Shown piece by piece: positions 46,938 through 56,493 of a stretch of DNA of 64,000 nucleotides (the stretch's first letter is position 1; every line of letters begins with the position of its first letter). Under the pieces are notes generated by a model. That model was not told where the DNA came from, did no database searches, and saw nothing but the letters and a program-made list of their open reading frames with translations. The DNA is from Patescibacteria group bacterium. Its GTDB lineage: Bacteria > Patescibacteriota > Patescibacteriia > JACRDY01. Both the position numbers and the translations under genes were made by a program. Location: positions 257,235-321,234 of the forward strand of contig JBAZFH010000002.1 of NCBI GenBank assembly GCA_041653535.1. Direction: 5' to 3'.

Positions 46938-47447
46938 TTACATTTGCAACGCTTCGTCTTTGCTAAGCACTTTTCCAAACTGGACGATGTTCCAATTGTA
47001 AAATGTGTTGGCAAATAAAGCCTTGGCGTAATCAGCCGCATGTTGCGCTGAAGTAAAACTTAGCGGTTCATCGCGGCGCGGACCTAGCGGCATTTGTTCG
47101 TCAGATATTACTTGCCAGTTGTTTGCTTTTTTGGCGGACAAGATTCCTAGATTTTGCAAAAAAATCAAAACCTCTTCTTTTTTTTCCGACCATTTAATGT
47201 CGTCAAGTTTTTTCCAGTCGATAGTCATTTTGGTCGGTTGGTTTTCGGCGGGATGGGAAAAAACGATTACTTGTTCGGCAAAAATACTTTCCTGGAATTT
47301 TTTAATCCAGATTGTTTTTTCGCATTCCAAGCAGACCAAATTCCAGATAGTCGTGACTATCTTGACGGGAAAACCCTGGTAGTGAAATTCCAGTGTCTTG
47401 GATTCGTTTTCCGGTATTTCGCTCTTACAGATATGACACAATTTCAT
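46938..47447 (-). CDS. hypothetical protein with N-terminal CxxC...CxxC zinc ribbon
   Basis: MKLCHICKSE...LVCLECEK. Confidence 0.4.
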   Translation of the reverse strand: MKLCHICKSEIPENESKTLEFHYQGFPVKIVTTIWNLVCLECEKTIWIKKFQESIFAEQVIVFSHPAENQPTKMTIDWKKLDDIKWSEKKEEVLIFLQNLGILSAKKANNWQVISDEQMPLGPRRDEPLSFTSAQHAADYAKALFANTFYNWNIVQFGKVLSKDEALQM

Positions 47448-47558
47448 TAAATTCTCCTTCCATGTTTAAAAGTGCTAGTTACTATTATCTTATATTGGTA
47501 ATAAGATAGCGTCAAGCGTTTTCTTTTTTTGCCAAATTTGTTATAATCTAGCTAACTT

Positions 47559-48332
47559 ATGGCAAGAATTATCTCGATAGTTAATCAAAAAGGTGGTGTA
47601 GGAAAAACCACAACCGCGGTGAATTTGGCGGCTTATTTGGCTAAGTACGGTAAAAATGTTTTGCTGGTAGACACTGATCCGCAAGCCAATGCTACTTCGG
47701 GGTTGGGTATTGACCATCAAAATTTAGATAAAGGCATTTACGAAGTGATTACTGGTCAGCATTCTCTGCGTCATGTGATAGTGCCAACAGCGCACGAAGG
47801 ATTGAGAGTTGCGCCTGCTACCATGTCTTTAGCCGGTGCTAGCGTTGAGCTGGTTAATGAAGTTGAACGAGAGTTTAAACTAGCCAAAGTTTTAATGGAG
47901 GCTCATGGTGGTTATGATTATGTTTTAATCGATTGTCCTCCTTCATTGGGGCTTATTACTATTAACAGTTTGACTGCCGCTGACGAAATATTAATACCAA
48001 TACAAGCAGAGTATTATGCCCTTGAAGGTTTGGGGCAGCTTTTAAACACGATTAATCTGGTGAAGGAAAATCTCAAACCGGATTTGAAAATACTCGGAGC
48101 GGTGTTAACTATGTATGATCGTCGCGTGTCTCTCTCTAATGAAGTAATGGAGCAGTTGTATCGTTATTTTCCTGCCAAAATATTTCGTTCAGTAATTCCG
48201 CGGGCGGTAAATCTAGCCGAGGCGCCGTCGCACGGTAAATCAATATTAGCCTATAGTCCGTTTTCTAAGGCAGCGCGAGCTTATGAACGGTTGGCTCAAG
48301 AAGTAATGGCTACGGAAAATCAAAATTTATAA
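47559..48332 (+). CDS. parA: chromosome partitioning ATPase ParA/Soj
   Basis: Deviant Walker A KGGVGKTT. ParA family length. Confidence 0.85.
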   Translation: MARIISIVNQKGGVGKTTTAVNLAAYLAKYGKNVLLVDTDPQANATSGLGIDHQNLDKGIYEVITGQHSLRHVIVPTAHEGLRVAPATMSLAGASVELVNEVEREFKLAKVLMEAHGGYDYVLIDCPPSLGLITINSLTAADEILIPIQAEYYALEGLGQLLNTINLVKENLKPDLKILGAVLTMYDRRVSLSNEVMEQLYRYFPAKIFRSVIPRAVNLAEAPSHGKSILAYSPFSKAARAYERLAQEVMATENQNL

Positions 48333-48333
48333 T

Positions 48334-48924
48334 ATGAAAAACGTCGAACAAGTTGTAGATTTTTTATTCGAGGTCGGGATTTTATCCAAAACTCCTCGTA
48401 GCGGATTTCACTTTTTAGGTAGCGGACAGCAAAGTGTTTCCGAGCACATCACTCGAGTGATGTTTATTGGTTATGTTTTAGCATCGCTGCAGGAAGATGT
48501 GAATACTGGTAATGTTCTGAAGATGTGTTTATTTCACGATTTACCAGAAGCACGAACGTCGGATCTCAACTATGTTCATCAGAAATACGCCAGAGCAGAT
48601 GAAGAGAAGGCTTTTACTGATCTGACTAGCACTTTACCTTTTGGTGATGATATGGAAAAAATAAAAAAAGAATACGAAGCGCGCGAAAGCTTGGAAGCAA
48701 AATTAGCTAAAGACGCCGATAATATAGAATGGATTTTGTCGCTCAAAGAAGAGCTTGATACTGGTAACACTCGCGCCAGCGGTTGGATTGCTTCGGCAGT
48801 CAAAAGACTGAAAACCGAAAACGCCAAAAAACTTGCTGAAAAAATAGTAGCAACTAATTCCGATCACTGGTGGTTTGCTGATCAAAATGACGAGTGGTGG
48901 GTGTCCAGAAACAAAGAAAAATAA
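48334..48924 (+). CDS. HD-domain phosphohydrolase (YfbR-like 5'-deoxynucleotidase family), inserted between parA and parB
   Basis: SEHITRVMF...LFHDLPEARTSD (H...HD motif). Confidence 0.6.
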   Translation: MKNVEQVVDFLFEVGILSKTPRSGFHFLGSGQQSVSEHITRVMFIGYVLASLQEDVNTGNVLKMCLFHDLPEARTSDLNYVHQKYARADEEKAFTDLTSTLPFGDDMEKIKKEYEARESLEAKLAKDADNIEWILSLKEELDTGNTRASGWIASAVKRLKTENAKKLAEKIVATNSDHWWFADQNDEWWVSRNKEK

Positions 48925-48964
48925 AAAACGGCTTAAATAAAAAAAATATAATCACATAACTCGT

Positions 48965-49849
48965 ATGACACTTGGTCGAGGACTGGATTCCTTAATACCC
49001 AAAAAAGTAATTGCTACGCCCACGGCGCCGCTACCAGACAAACCGGACGAAACCATCGGTGGTGAGCGGATTTTGCAGATACCGATAGAAAAAATAGCAG
49101 TCAATCCACACCAGCCACGCAAAGAGTTTGGCCACGGCGCGCTTGAAGATTTGATTAACTCCGTTAAAGAACATGGTATTTTGCAGCCGTTAATAGTGAC
49201 GAAACAAAATGACGGTTATGAATTAATCGCTGGTGAGCGTCGTTTTCGTGCTGCCAAAACATTGGAGTTCAAAACCGTTCCGGCTATAGTACGTCAGGCA
49301 AGTGAGGCGGAGAAATTAGAAATTGCTATTATTGAAAACATTCAGCGTAAAGACCTCAATCTACTTGAAGAAGCAGCTGGTTACCAGCGTTTGATTGATG
49401 AATTTTCTTTAACCCAGGAAGACGTGGCTAAAAAGGTCGGTAAATCTCGCGCAGTAGTTGCCAATACTTTACGTTTGTTGGATTTGCCAGAAGCAGTGCA
49501 ACTGGCTATCAGTGACGGTAAAATATCGGCTAGCCACGCAAGAGTACTTGCCGGTGTTGATGACAAACATGAGCAAGAAAATCTTTTCAAAAAAATAATC
49601 AGTGACGAACTAAATGTTCGCGAGGCCGAGCATGAAGCGCAAAGGGTTTCACCTCCGACCAAAAAATCGGCCAGGTCGATTACTCTGCCCGACGCCAGTG
49701 TCTTGGCGCAAGAAGAGGAGTTGCGTAAAAGACTCGGGACTAAAGTGAAGATAGAGAAAAAAGACGGTAAGGGGAAAATAATTGTTGAGTTTTTCTCGGA
49801 AGAAGAGCTAAATGATTTAATAGATAAAATGGGGCGGTTTGTCGTTTAG
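48965..49849 (+). CDS. parB: chromosome partitioning protein ParB/Spo0J
   Basis: ParB box GERRFRAA and an HTH. Confidence 0.85.
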   Translation: MTLGRGLDSLIPKKVIATPTAPLPDKPDETIGGERILQIPIEKIAVNPHQPRKEFGHGALEDLINSVKEHGILQPLIVTKQNDGYELIAGERRFRAAKTLEFKTVPAIVRQASEAEKLEIAIIENIQRKDLNLLEEAAGYQRLIDEFSLTQEDVAKKVGKSRAVVANTLRLLDLPEAVQLAISDGKISASHARVLAGVDDKHEQENLFKKIISDELNVREAEHEAQRVSPPTKKSARSITLPDASVLAQEEELRKRLGTKVKIEKKDGKGKIIVEFFSEEELNDLIDKMGRFVV

Positions 49850-49858
49850 AAAAGAAAT

Positions 49859-50383
49859 ATGAAATTTATTATTGGTCTTGGTAACCCTGGTAGGGAATAC
49901 GCCAAGACGCGACACAATTTTGGTTGGTTGGTGCTGGACGCGCTAGCTGGCGCTAGCAAATGGCAAGAAAAAATCACCGCCAAAGTTTTTATTTTAGAAA
50001 AGGAACTGAGCGGTAAAGACATGGTACTAGCAAAACCGACAACTTTTATGAATCGTTCTGGCGTGGTATTAAATTATATCAAGAAGAAATATCCAAAGTT
50101 TAAAAAATCAGATTTGGTGGTGGTCCATGATGATAAAGATTTAGACTTTGGTCGAATAAAGGTTTCGCACGATTCAAGCTCTGCTGGGCACAACGGCGTT
50201 CAGTCGATTATTGACGCGCTCGGCAGTAAAGATTTTACCCGTATTCGTTTGGGTGTAAAAAATGATTTGCTAACAAAAATGCCGACGGATAAATTTGTTA
50301 TCGGTAGATTTACAGCCGAAGAAAGTAAAAAACTCGACGGTATTATCAAAGAGGCGACTGAAGCCCTGGAAAAAGAAATTTAG
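49859..50383 (+). CDS. pth: peptidyl-tRNA hydrolase
   Basis: N-terminus MKFIIGLGNPGREYAKTRHNFGW is the canonical Pth start. Confidence 0.85.
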   Translation: MKFIIGLGNPGREYAKTRHNFGWLVLDALAGASKWQEKITAKVFILEKELSGKDMVLAKPTTFMNRSGVVLNYIKKKYPKFKKSDLVVVHDDKDLDFGRIKVSHDSSSAGHNGVQSIIDALGSKDFTRIRLGVKNDLLTKMPTDKFVIGRFTAEESKKLDGIIKEATEALEKEI

Positions 50384-50704
50384 TCAAAAATTTTTTGGAC
50401 AAAAACAAAACCCCCGAAAAAAATCAGGGGTTTTGTTTTATTTGGGTTAAACGAACAAGACGTATTTTATACGCCTGCTAGCCGGCGCAAGATCGGGTCA
50501 GAAAAATCCGACCAACCTTGACTTGCCGATTACTATCCGAAAATAGGAGGGTATTCTCGAATTTCATCGCCGGCAAGACGACGTACAAAATTTTAAAATA
50601 AAAAGTTTAGAATTATTTAATATTTAATGTAATAGAATATATTAGCATAATAGAAAATAATTGTCAATATTAGTTGTTTTAAAATATTTAAATTTAGATA
50701 AAAT

Positions 50705-51799
50705 ATGGATGATGATTGCAAAAAATATTTAGTCGGAATATCTTTAGTTGAGGCAGTCGGCGCTGTGCGATTTAAAAAAATAATAAATCATTTTAGTAAT
50801 CCCAAAGATTTTTTTAATGCAACAAGAGCCGAGTTGCTCGCCGCTGGCATTCCGGTTTGGGTGGTTGACGTGATTTTAAGGCAAAGGACGATAGTGGATG
50901 TCGAAAAAGCCTGGGATTTGCTCCAGCAAGAAGGGATTGAGGTATTAACTTTTTGGGATCAAAATTATCCCGATTTGTTAAAACAAATATATGACTGGCC
51001 GCCGATTTTATACTTTCGCGGATCGCCAGAGATACTGCGTGGCAAGATGTTGGCGGTAGTCGGAACGCGTCGACCAACTGAATATGGAATACGGGCAACG
51101 CAGGATATTGTTAGTGGGTTGGTTGCCGGCGGTGTAAGTATTGTTTCAGGTTTAGCGCGCGGTATTGATAGCACGGCGCACAAAACAGTTATTGGTTTGG
51201 ACGGTAAAACAGTGGCGGTGCTAGGGACGGGGTTGGATTGGCGATCTATTTATCCCGCCGAAAACAAAAGATTGGTGGAGGAGATAATCTATTGCGGCGG
51301 GATAGTGATTTCTGAATTTCCCTGCGGTACGCCGCCGAATCGGCAAAATTTTCCCAGACGCAATCGTTTAATTTCCGGATTGTCTCAAGGGGTTTTGGTT
51401 GTTGAGGCAGGACAGGGCAGTGGCGCGCTGATCACCGCGCGCTGCGCTCTAGACCAAAACCGTGATGTTTACGCTGTACCCGGTAATATTTATAACGTTA
51501 ATTCTTTTGGACCGAACGAATTAATTTGCCAAGGCGCCAAGCCAGTCAGTAGCGCTAACGATATTTTGGAAGCGCTAGATTTGAGTTTAATCAAAGAAAC
51601 GACTAGAATAAAGGAGGCTGTCGCGTCCAGCAAAGAAGAAAAGACACTTTTACAATTCGTTTCCTCAGAGCCAGTTCATATTGATAATTTGATTCGGCAA
51701 AGCGAATTATCAAGCGAGGTGGTTAATTCTGTTTTATTAGTAATGGAACTCGCGGGAAAGGTTAAAGATGTTGGTGGCAAAAGATACGTTATTAATTAG
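50705..51799 (+). CDS. dprA: DNA processing protein DprA (Smf)
   Basis: Rossmann-like domain LAVVGTRRPTEYG...SGLARGIDSTAH...LGTGLD and a C-terminal winged helix. Confidence 0.8.
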   Translation: MDDDCKKYLVGISLVEAVGAVRFKKIINHFSNPKDFFNATRAELLAAGIPVWVVDVILRQRTIVDVEKAWDLLQQEGIEVLTFWDQNYPDLLKQIYDWPPILYFRGSPEILRGKMLAVVGTRRPTEYGIRATQDIVSGLVAGGVSIVSGLARGIDSTAHKTVIGLDGKTVAVLGTGLDWRSIYPAENKRLVEEIIYCGGIVISEFPCGTPPNRQNFPRRNRLISGLSQGVLVVEAGQGSGALITARCALDQNRDVYAVPGNIYNVNSFGPNELICQGAKPVSSANDILEALDLSLIKETTRIKEAVASSKEEKTLLQFVSSEPVHIDNLIRQSELSSEVVNSVLLVMELAGKVKDVGGKRYVIN

Positions 51800-51822
51800 T
51801 AATTATTAATTTTTTAAAAATA

Positions 51823-52932
51823 ATGTCAAGCGATAGTAAAAAAATATGGCAGAGATATTTGTGGCTAGCTTTCTGGTTATTACCGGTTTTGGCAGTGTTT
51901 GCCGATTTGTTTTTTGTTGGTTATTTTTTTGCTAAAAAGGCGGAGACAAGACAGTATGCTTTAGTCAATCAAGCCGTGAAAAGAGTCGAACCTTTAGTTG
52001 GTGATTTAAAGACAACAACCATGATTGCTGTCGGCGACATCATGCTTTCCCGTCATGTCAGTAATAAAATGTTTGCCGTCAAAGACTTTGTTTTGCCTTT
52101 TTCTCGGACTTGGGAAGTGTTGTCTGGTGCCGATATAACGATCGGCAATCTCGAGTCGCCGTTTTATAACCGTGGTGATAAGATTTCTTCCGGTATGGTT
52201 TTTAAAGCTGAGCCCGAAGCTATCGCTGGATTAAATAAGTCTGGCTTTGACGTTTTGTCTATTGCCAATAATCATATAACAAATCAAGGCGAACAAGGAT
52301 TGAACTATACCGTTGACTATCTTTTTCAGAGTAATATTTTTCCGGTTGGCGCTGGAGCCGATTTTACTGCGGCGCATTGGGCGGCAGTAGCAGAGCGTAA
52401 CGGTTTGAAATTTGGTTTTTTGGCTTACTCTTATGCTGATTACCACGACACCCTAGGCAGTAAGTACGTTGTTGCCGGGTTAAATATCAATCAGGCAAAA
52501 AAAGACATCGCCGCGTTGCGACCGAAAGTTGATGTCATGGTTGTGCAAATGCATGCAGGGGAGGAATATACCGTCAAACCAACCAAAACACAGATTGATT
52601 TTGCTCGAGCGGCAATTGATGCTGGAGCTGATTTGGTGATTGGTCACCACCCGCATTGGGCAGGGACGGTGGAAAGCTATAAAGGCAAATGGATATTTTA
52701 TTCACTGGGCAATTTTGTCTTCGATCAGGAATGGAGCAAGGAAACAAAAGAGGGTTTGATTTTACAAGCGACTTGGAAAAATAAAGATCTTCAAGAGTTA
52801 AGATTAATCCCGGTTATAATTGAAAATTATTCTACGCCCAGAGTCGTTGACGAAGTGGAAGGTAAAAGTATTTTTGATCGAATCGGGGTAACTAATTCGG
52901 TTGTTTTTTCTACTCAAGATTTGACAGAATGA
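51823..52932 (+). CDS. CapA/PgsA-family metallophosphatase (poly-gamma-glutamate capsule synthesis-like)
   Basis: N-terminal TM, MIAVGDIMLSRH and GHHPH motifs. Confidence 0.7.
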   Translation: MSSDSKKIWQRYLWLAFWLLPVLAVFADLFFVGYFFAKKAETRQYALVNQAVKRVEPLVGDLKTTTMIAVGDIMLSRHVSNKMFAVKDFVLPFSRTWEVLSGADITIGNLESPFYNRGDKISSGMVFKAEPEAIAGLNKSGFDVLSIANNHITNQGEQGLNYTVDYLFQSNIFPVGAGADFTAAHWAAVAERNGLKFGFLAYSYADYHDTLGSKYVVAGLNINQAKKDIAALRPKVDVMVVQMHAGEEYTVKPTKTQIDFARAAIDAGADLVIGHHPHWAGTVESYKGKWIFYSLGNFVFDQEWSKETKEGLILQATWKNKDLQELRLIPVIIENYSTPRVVDEVEGKSIFDRIGVTNSVVFSTQDLTE

Positions 52933-52960
52933 AAAAACTTCTGTAATAATAGCTTCCAGT

Positions 52961-55111
52961 ATGAAATTAGTTATTGTAGAATCGCCAACTAAAGCTAAAA
53001 CAATTTCCCGTTTTTTGGGAAAAGACTATAAGGTGGACTCTTCTTATGGTCATGTTCGTGATTTGCCAAAAAGTAAATTAGGCGTTGATATTGAGCACGA
53101 TTTTGCGCCGCAGTACGTGATTTTTCGGAAAAATCAGAAAAGACTGACCGCGCTCAAAAAACTGGCGGCTAAAGCAAAAGAAGTTTACTATGCAACTGAC
53201 GAAGACCGTGAAGGAGAAGCAATCGCTTGGCATTTATCTCAGATTTTTGATATACCAAAAGAAAATGAAAGGCGCATTGCTTTTCACGAGATTACTAAAG
53301 GTGCCGTGGAAGACGCTATCGAACATCCACGAGATATTGATTTGAATCTAGTTGACGCTCAACAAGCGCGTCGAGTTTTGGATAGGCTGGTTGGTTATAA
53401 ACTTTCACCGTTTCTTTGGAAAAAGGTTGCCAGAGGATTGTCTGCTGGTCGCGTACAGTCGGTTGCGGTTCGCTTGATTGTTGAACGCGAGCGGGAAATA
53501 GAGAAGTTTAATAAAGAAGAGTATTGGACGGTGGAAGCAGATTTTCAAAAAAAAGAAGACGGCAGTCTTCATGCTAAACTTCATCGGGTAGACGGAAAAA
53601 TTTTAGATAAATTGGGAATAAAAACCGACAAACAAGCCGGTGAAATTTTAGATCAGCTAAAGAATGCTAAATACGAGGTGGTAAAGGTAGAAAAGAAACG
53701 GTCGACCAGACAACCATTGCCGCCATTTACTACTTCAACACTGCAACAAGAGGCTAACCGTCGTCTGGGATATTCGGCTAAACAAATCATGATGCTTGCT
53801 CAGCAGCTCTATGAAGGTATTGACGTCAAAGGTGAAGGACATTCCGGATTGATTACTTATATGCGTACCGATTCTGTCAATCTGTCAGAGAAGTTTTTGG
53901 GTGAAGCCGAGGATTATATCAAAGAAAGTATAGGTAAGGAATATGTGAGCGGTCCACGACATTTTAAAACCAAGAGTAAAGGCGCCCAAGAAGCTCACGA
54001 AGCTATTCGTCCGAGCGAGGTTTCCCGTACCCCTGATAGTGTCAAGGATCATCTGACAGCGCAGCAGTTTAAATTGTATGATTTGATTTGGCGTCGCGCG
54101 GTTGCTTCGCAGATGACCGAAGCGGCGATAGACAGCACTGTCGTCGATATTGCCAATGATGATAAAAAATACACTTTCCGCGCTACCGGTCAGGTGATTA
54201 GGTTTGTCGGCTGGCTCGCCGTTTATCCCAATAAAAGCGAGGATGTTATTTTGCCGGACTTAGTGCAGGGCGGAAATGTCGATTTGTTAAAACTTGAACC
54301 GCTCCAACATTTTACCCAGCCGCCGGCGCGGTATAGCGATGCAACGTTGGTCCGAGCTCTTGAAGATCGCGGTATCGGTCGACCATCAACTTATGCGCCG
54401 ACTATCGCCACTATTATTGATCGTGGCTATGTGATACGTGAAGAAAAAAAACTTCAACCAACCGAAATAGCTTTTTTAGTCAACGACTTGTTAGTTGAAC
54501 ATTTCCCTAAAATTGTCGATTATGATTTTACCGCCAAAATGGAAAGTGACCTGGACGAAGTAGCTGAGGGTAGCTTGAAATGGCAACCGGTGATCGCTGA
54601 ATTTTACGGTCCGTTTACCGATAACCTAGAAAAAAAATACGAACAGTTGGATAAAAAGGATATTATAAAAGAAGAAACCGATGAGATATGTGAAAAGTGT
54701 GGCAAGCCTATGGCTGTCAAATTTGGTCGTTTTGGTAAATTTCTTGCTTGTACCGGTTTTCCAGAGTGTAAAAACACCAAGCAAATAAATGGTAAAGGTG
54801 AAATTTTGGAAGAAGAAAAGATCGACGAAGCTTGTCCTAATTGCGGCAAGCCAATGGTTTATAAGCAAGGGCGTTTCGGTCGGTTTATCGCTTGTTCGGA
54901 TTATCCTGCCTGCAAGACTACTAAAAAGGTGCTCAAAACTATTGGCGTGAAATGTCCGGAATGCAAAGAGGGTGAGGTGGTAATCCGTCGGGGTAGGGGC
55001 AGGGTATTTTATGGCTGTTCACGTTATCCCGAATGCAAGTTTGCCTCGAGTAAAAAACCAGGTGAAGAGGCTGTTGAAGAGGAAAATAAGAAAGATATTA
55101 GGGAATCATAA
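52961..55111 (+). CDS. topA: DNA topoisomerase I
   Basis: TOPRIM N-terminus (LVIVESPTKAKTISRFLG), catalytic region and three C-terminal Zn-ribbon repeats (CEKCGKPM, CPNCGKPM, CPECK). Confidence 0.9.
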   Translation: MKLVIVESPTKAKTISRFLGKDYKVDSSYGHVRDLPKSKLGVDIEHDFAPQYVIFRKNQKRLTALKKLAAKAKEVYYATDEDREGEAIAWHLSQIFDIPKENERRIAFHEITKGAVEDAIEHPRDIDLNLVDAQQARRVLDRLVGYKLSPFLWKKVARGLSAGRVQSVAVRLIVEREREIEKFNKEEYWTVEADFQKKEDGSLHAKLHRVDGKILDKLGIKTDKQAGEILDQLKNAKYEVVKVEKKRSTRQPLPPFTTSTLQQEANRRLGYSAKQIMMLAQQLYEGIDVKGEGHSGLITYMRTDSVNLSEKFLGEAEDYIKESIGKEYVSGPRHFKTKSKGAQEAHEAIRPSEVSRTPDSVKDHLTAQQFKLYDLIWRRAVASQMTEAAIDSTVVDIANDDKKYTFRATGQVIRFVGWLAVYPNKSEDVILPDLVQGGNVDLLKLEPLQHFTQPPARYSDATLVRALEDRGIGRPSTYAPTIATIIDRGYVIREEKKLQPTEIAFLVNDLLVEHFPKIVDYDFTAKMESDLDEVAEGSLKWQPVIAEFYGPFTDNLEKKYEQLDKKDIIKEETDEICEKCGKPMAVKFGRFGKFLACTGFPECKNTKQINGKGEILEEEKIDEACPNCGKPMVYKQGRFGRFIACSDYPACKTTKKVLKTIGVKCPECKEGEVVIRRGRGRVFYGCSRYPECKFASSKKPGEEAVEEENKKDIRES

Positions 55112-55284
55112 ATAAAGGAATAAAGCCAATCTATATTTTAAAAAGACTCAAATTTATCTGAGTCTTTTTAAAATATAAAAGTAAAAAACGGGACATGGGG
55201 AAAGTGGGTATTGACAAGGGTAATATTTAATGGTAATGTTTAAAATTAGCAAATTAACAATAAAAATCTCGAGGAGGTTTAGCT

Positions 55285-56169
55285 ATGAAAAAGCGGCTTT
55301 TAGATATCCCCGGGTCTTTTCCGGATCTTTTGAAAAAAGCGGTTGCTGAAAGTTCGGGGATGGATGACGTCCGACTCAACTTGGAGGAAAACAGCAAGTT
55401 GCTATGTGCAACTATTGCTTTTGTTTTTTTGTTTGGCTGTGTCGCCATATCAGTATGGGGCGCTGTCGGCTTACTGGCTTCATCCGCCTCTCTTACCTTA
55501 TTTTTTCCTATCCAGAAGATTGCTCTTTTCCAGAAGAAGAAACGCTTCAAAAAAGAAGGAGTAAATCTTAAGCCTGGATTTAGTCGGGACGTCAAGGGCT
55601 ATCTTGATAGGCGGATTTCTGAATGGAAAGAAAATTTACTAGGGACGAAGTCTGACTATCAAGTGCTTTTCAATAGAGGCACTAAAGTTTATGAGGAGTT
55701 AAGGAGCGTTTACCATGAAGCTGCGCGGCAAAGAGACAATAATCCCGAGTTACGGGATCAGCTTCAAATCCGTGTAGAAAAGCTATACGAGGCGATCAAA
55801 AAAAACGACGAATCGCTTTTCATGCTCCAACGGTTTCGTCGGATCGCGGAGGCGTTGATCCAGGATTTAGAACGCAAGGCGAACGGCTATTATGAAAAAA
55901 TTAGTCCGTTCGACACCATGGTTCGCGCCGACGCTTTGCTTGAGGAGGCACAAAGCGTCAGAGATGAAAGCATGACGTTTTTGATCAAGGCTACGGGCGA
56001 TCTCCGTCGTCAAATTGATGACACGACGACCGAACTTGACTTTTTGTCGGCTGGCGCTTTTTCGGAAGTGGCGGCGCATTTTGTCTCTCGACCGGAAACT
56101 GATATTTTGGTCGACGTAGATATGATTGAAATGGCGACAAACCACCTCCGACGGGAAAAAGTTGCTTAA
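55285..56169 (+). CDS. hypothetical membrane-anchored protein
   Basis: TM segment near residue 40. RBS GAGGAGG. Confidence 0.4.
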   Translation: MKKRLLDIPGSFPDLLKKAVAESSGMDDVRLNLEENSKLLCATIAFVFLFGCVAISVWGAVGLLASSASLTLFFPIQKIALFQKKKRFKKEGVNLKPGFSRDVKGYLDRRISEWKENLLGTKSDYQVLFNRGTKVYEELRSVYHEAARQRDNNPELRDQLQIRVEKLYEAIKKNDESLFMLQRFRRIAEALIQDLERKANGYYEKISPFDTMVRADALLEEAQSVRDESMTFLIKATGDLRRQIDDTTTELDFLSAGAFSEVAAHFVSRPETDILVDVDMIEMATNHLRREKVA

Positions 56170-56493
56170 AATCGTTCACCCCCCCCACGCCAGCAGGCCG
56201 TGGGGGTTTTATTTTCACCTTTACATTTTTTTAAATTACGTTATACTGATTTTGCGGCTCTTGAGGAGATACCCTTATATTACTAAATAGTTTGGGGTTT
56301 AAATCTCTCTCGAGGCCGTTTTTTTTATAAACAGAAAACTCCTCGGAATAAACCAGAGGAGCTGTCTGCGTTTGAGAGTCTTTTGGACCCTTATATTACT
56401 GTCGATATCTTACCACTTATGAAAAATTTGTCAAGAGTCGAAAATACCTCAAATTGCTTTTTTTTACAGGTTAGCTTATATTCAATGTAGATT

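Noticed and set aside
50384-50704. 320-bp intergenic region before dprA as a small RNA gene
   Set aside because: It has a terminator hairpin and an AT-rich promoter-like stretch, but no recognisable conserved ncRNA motif. There is not enough evidence to call an RNA.
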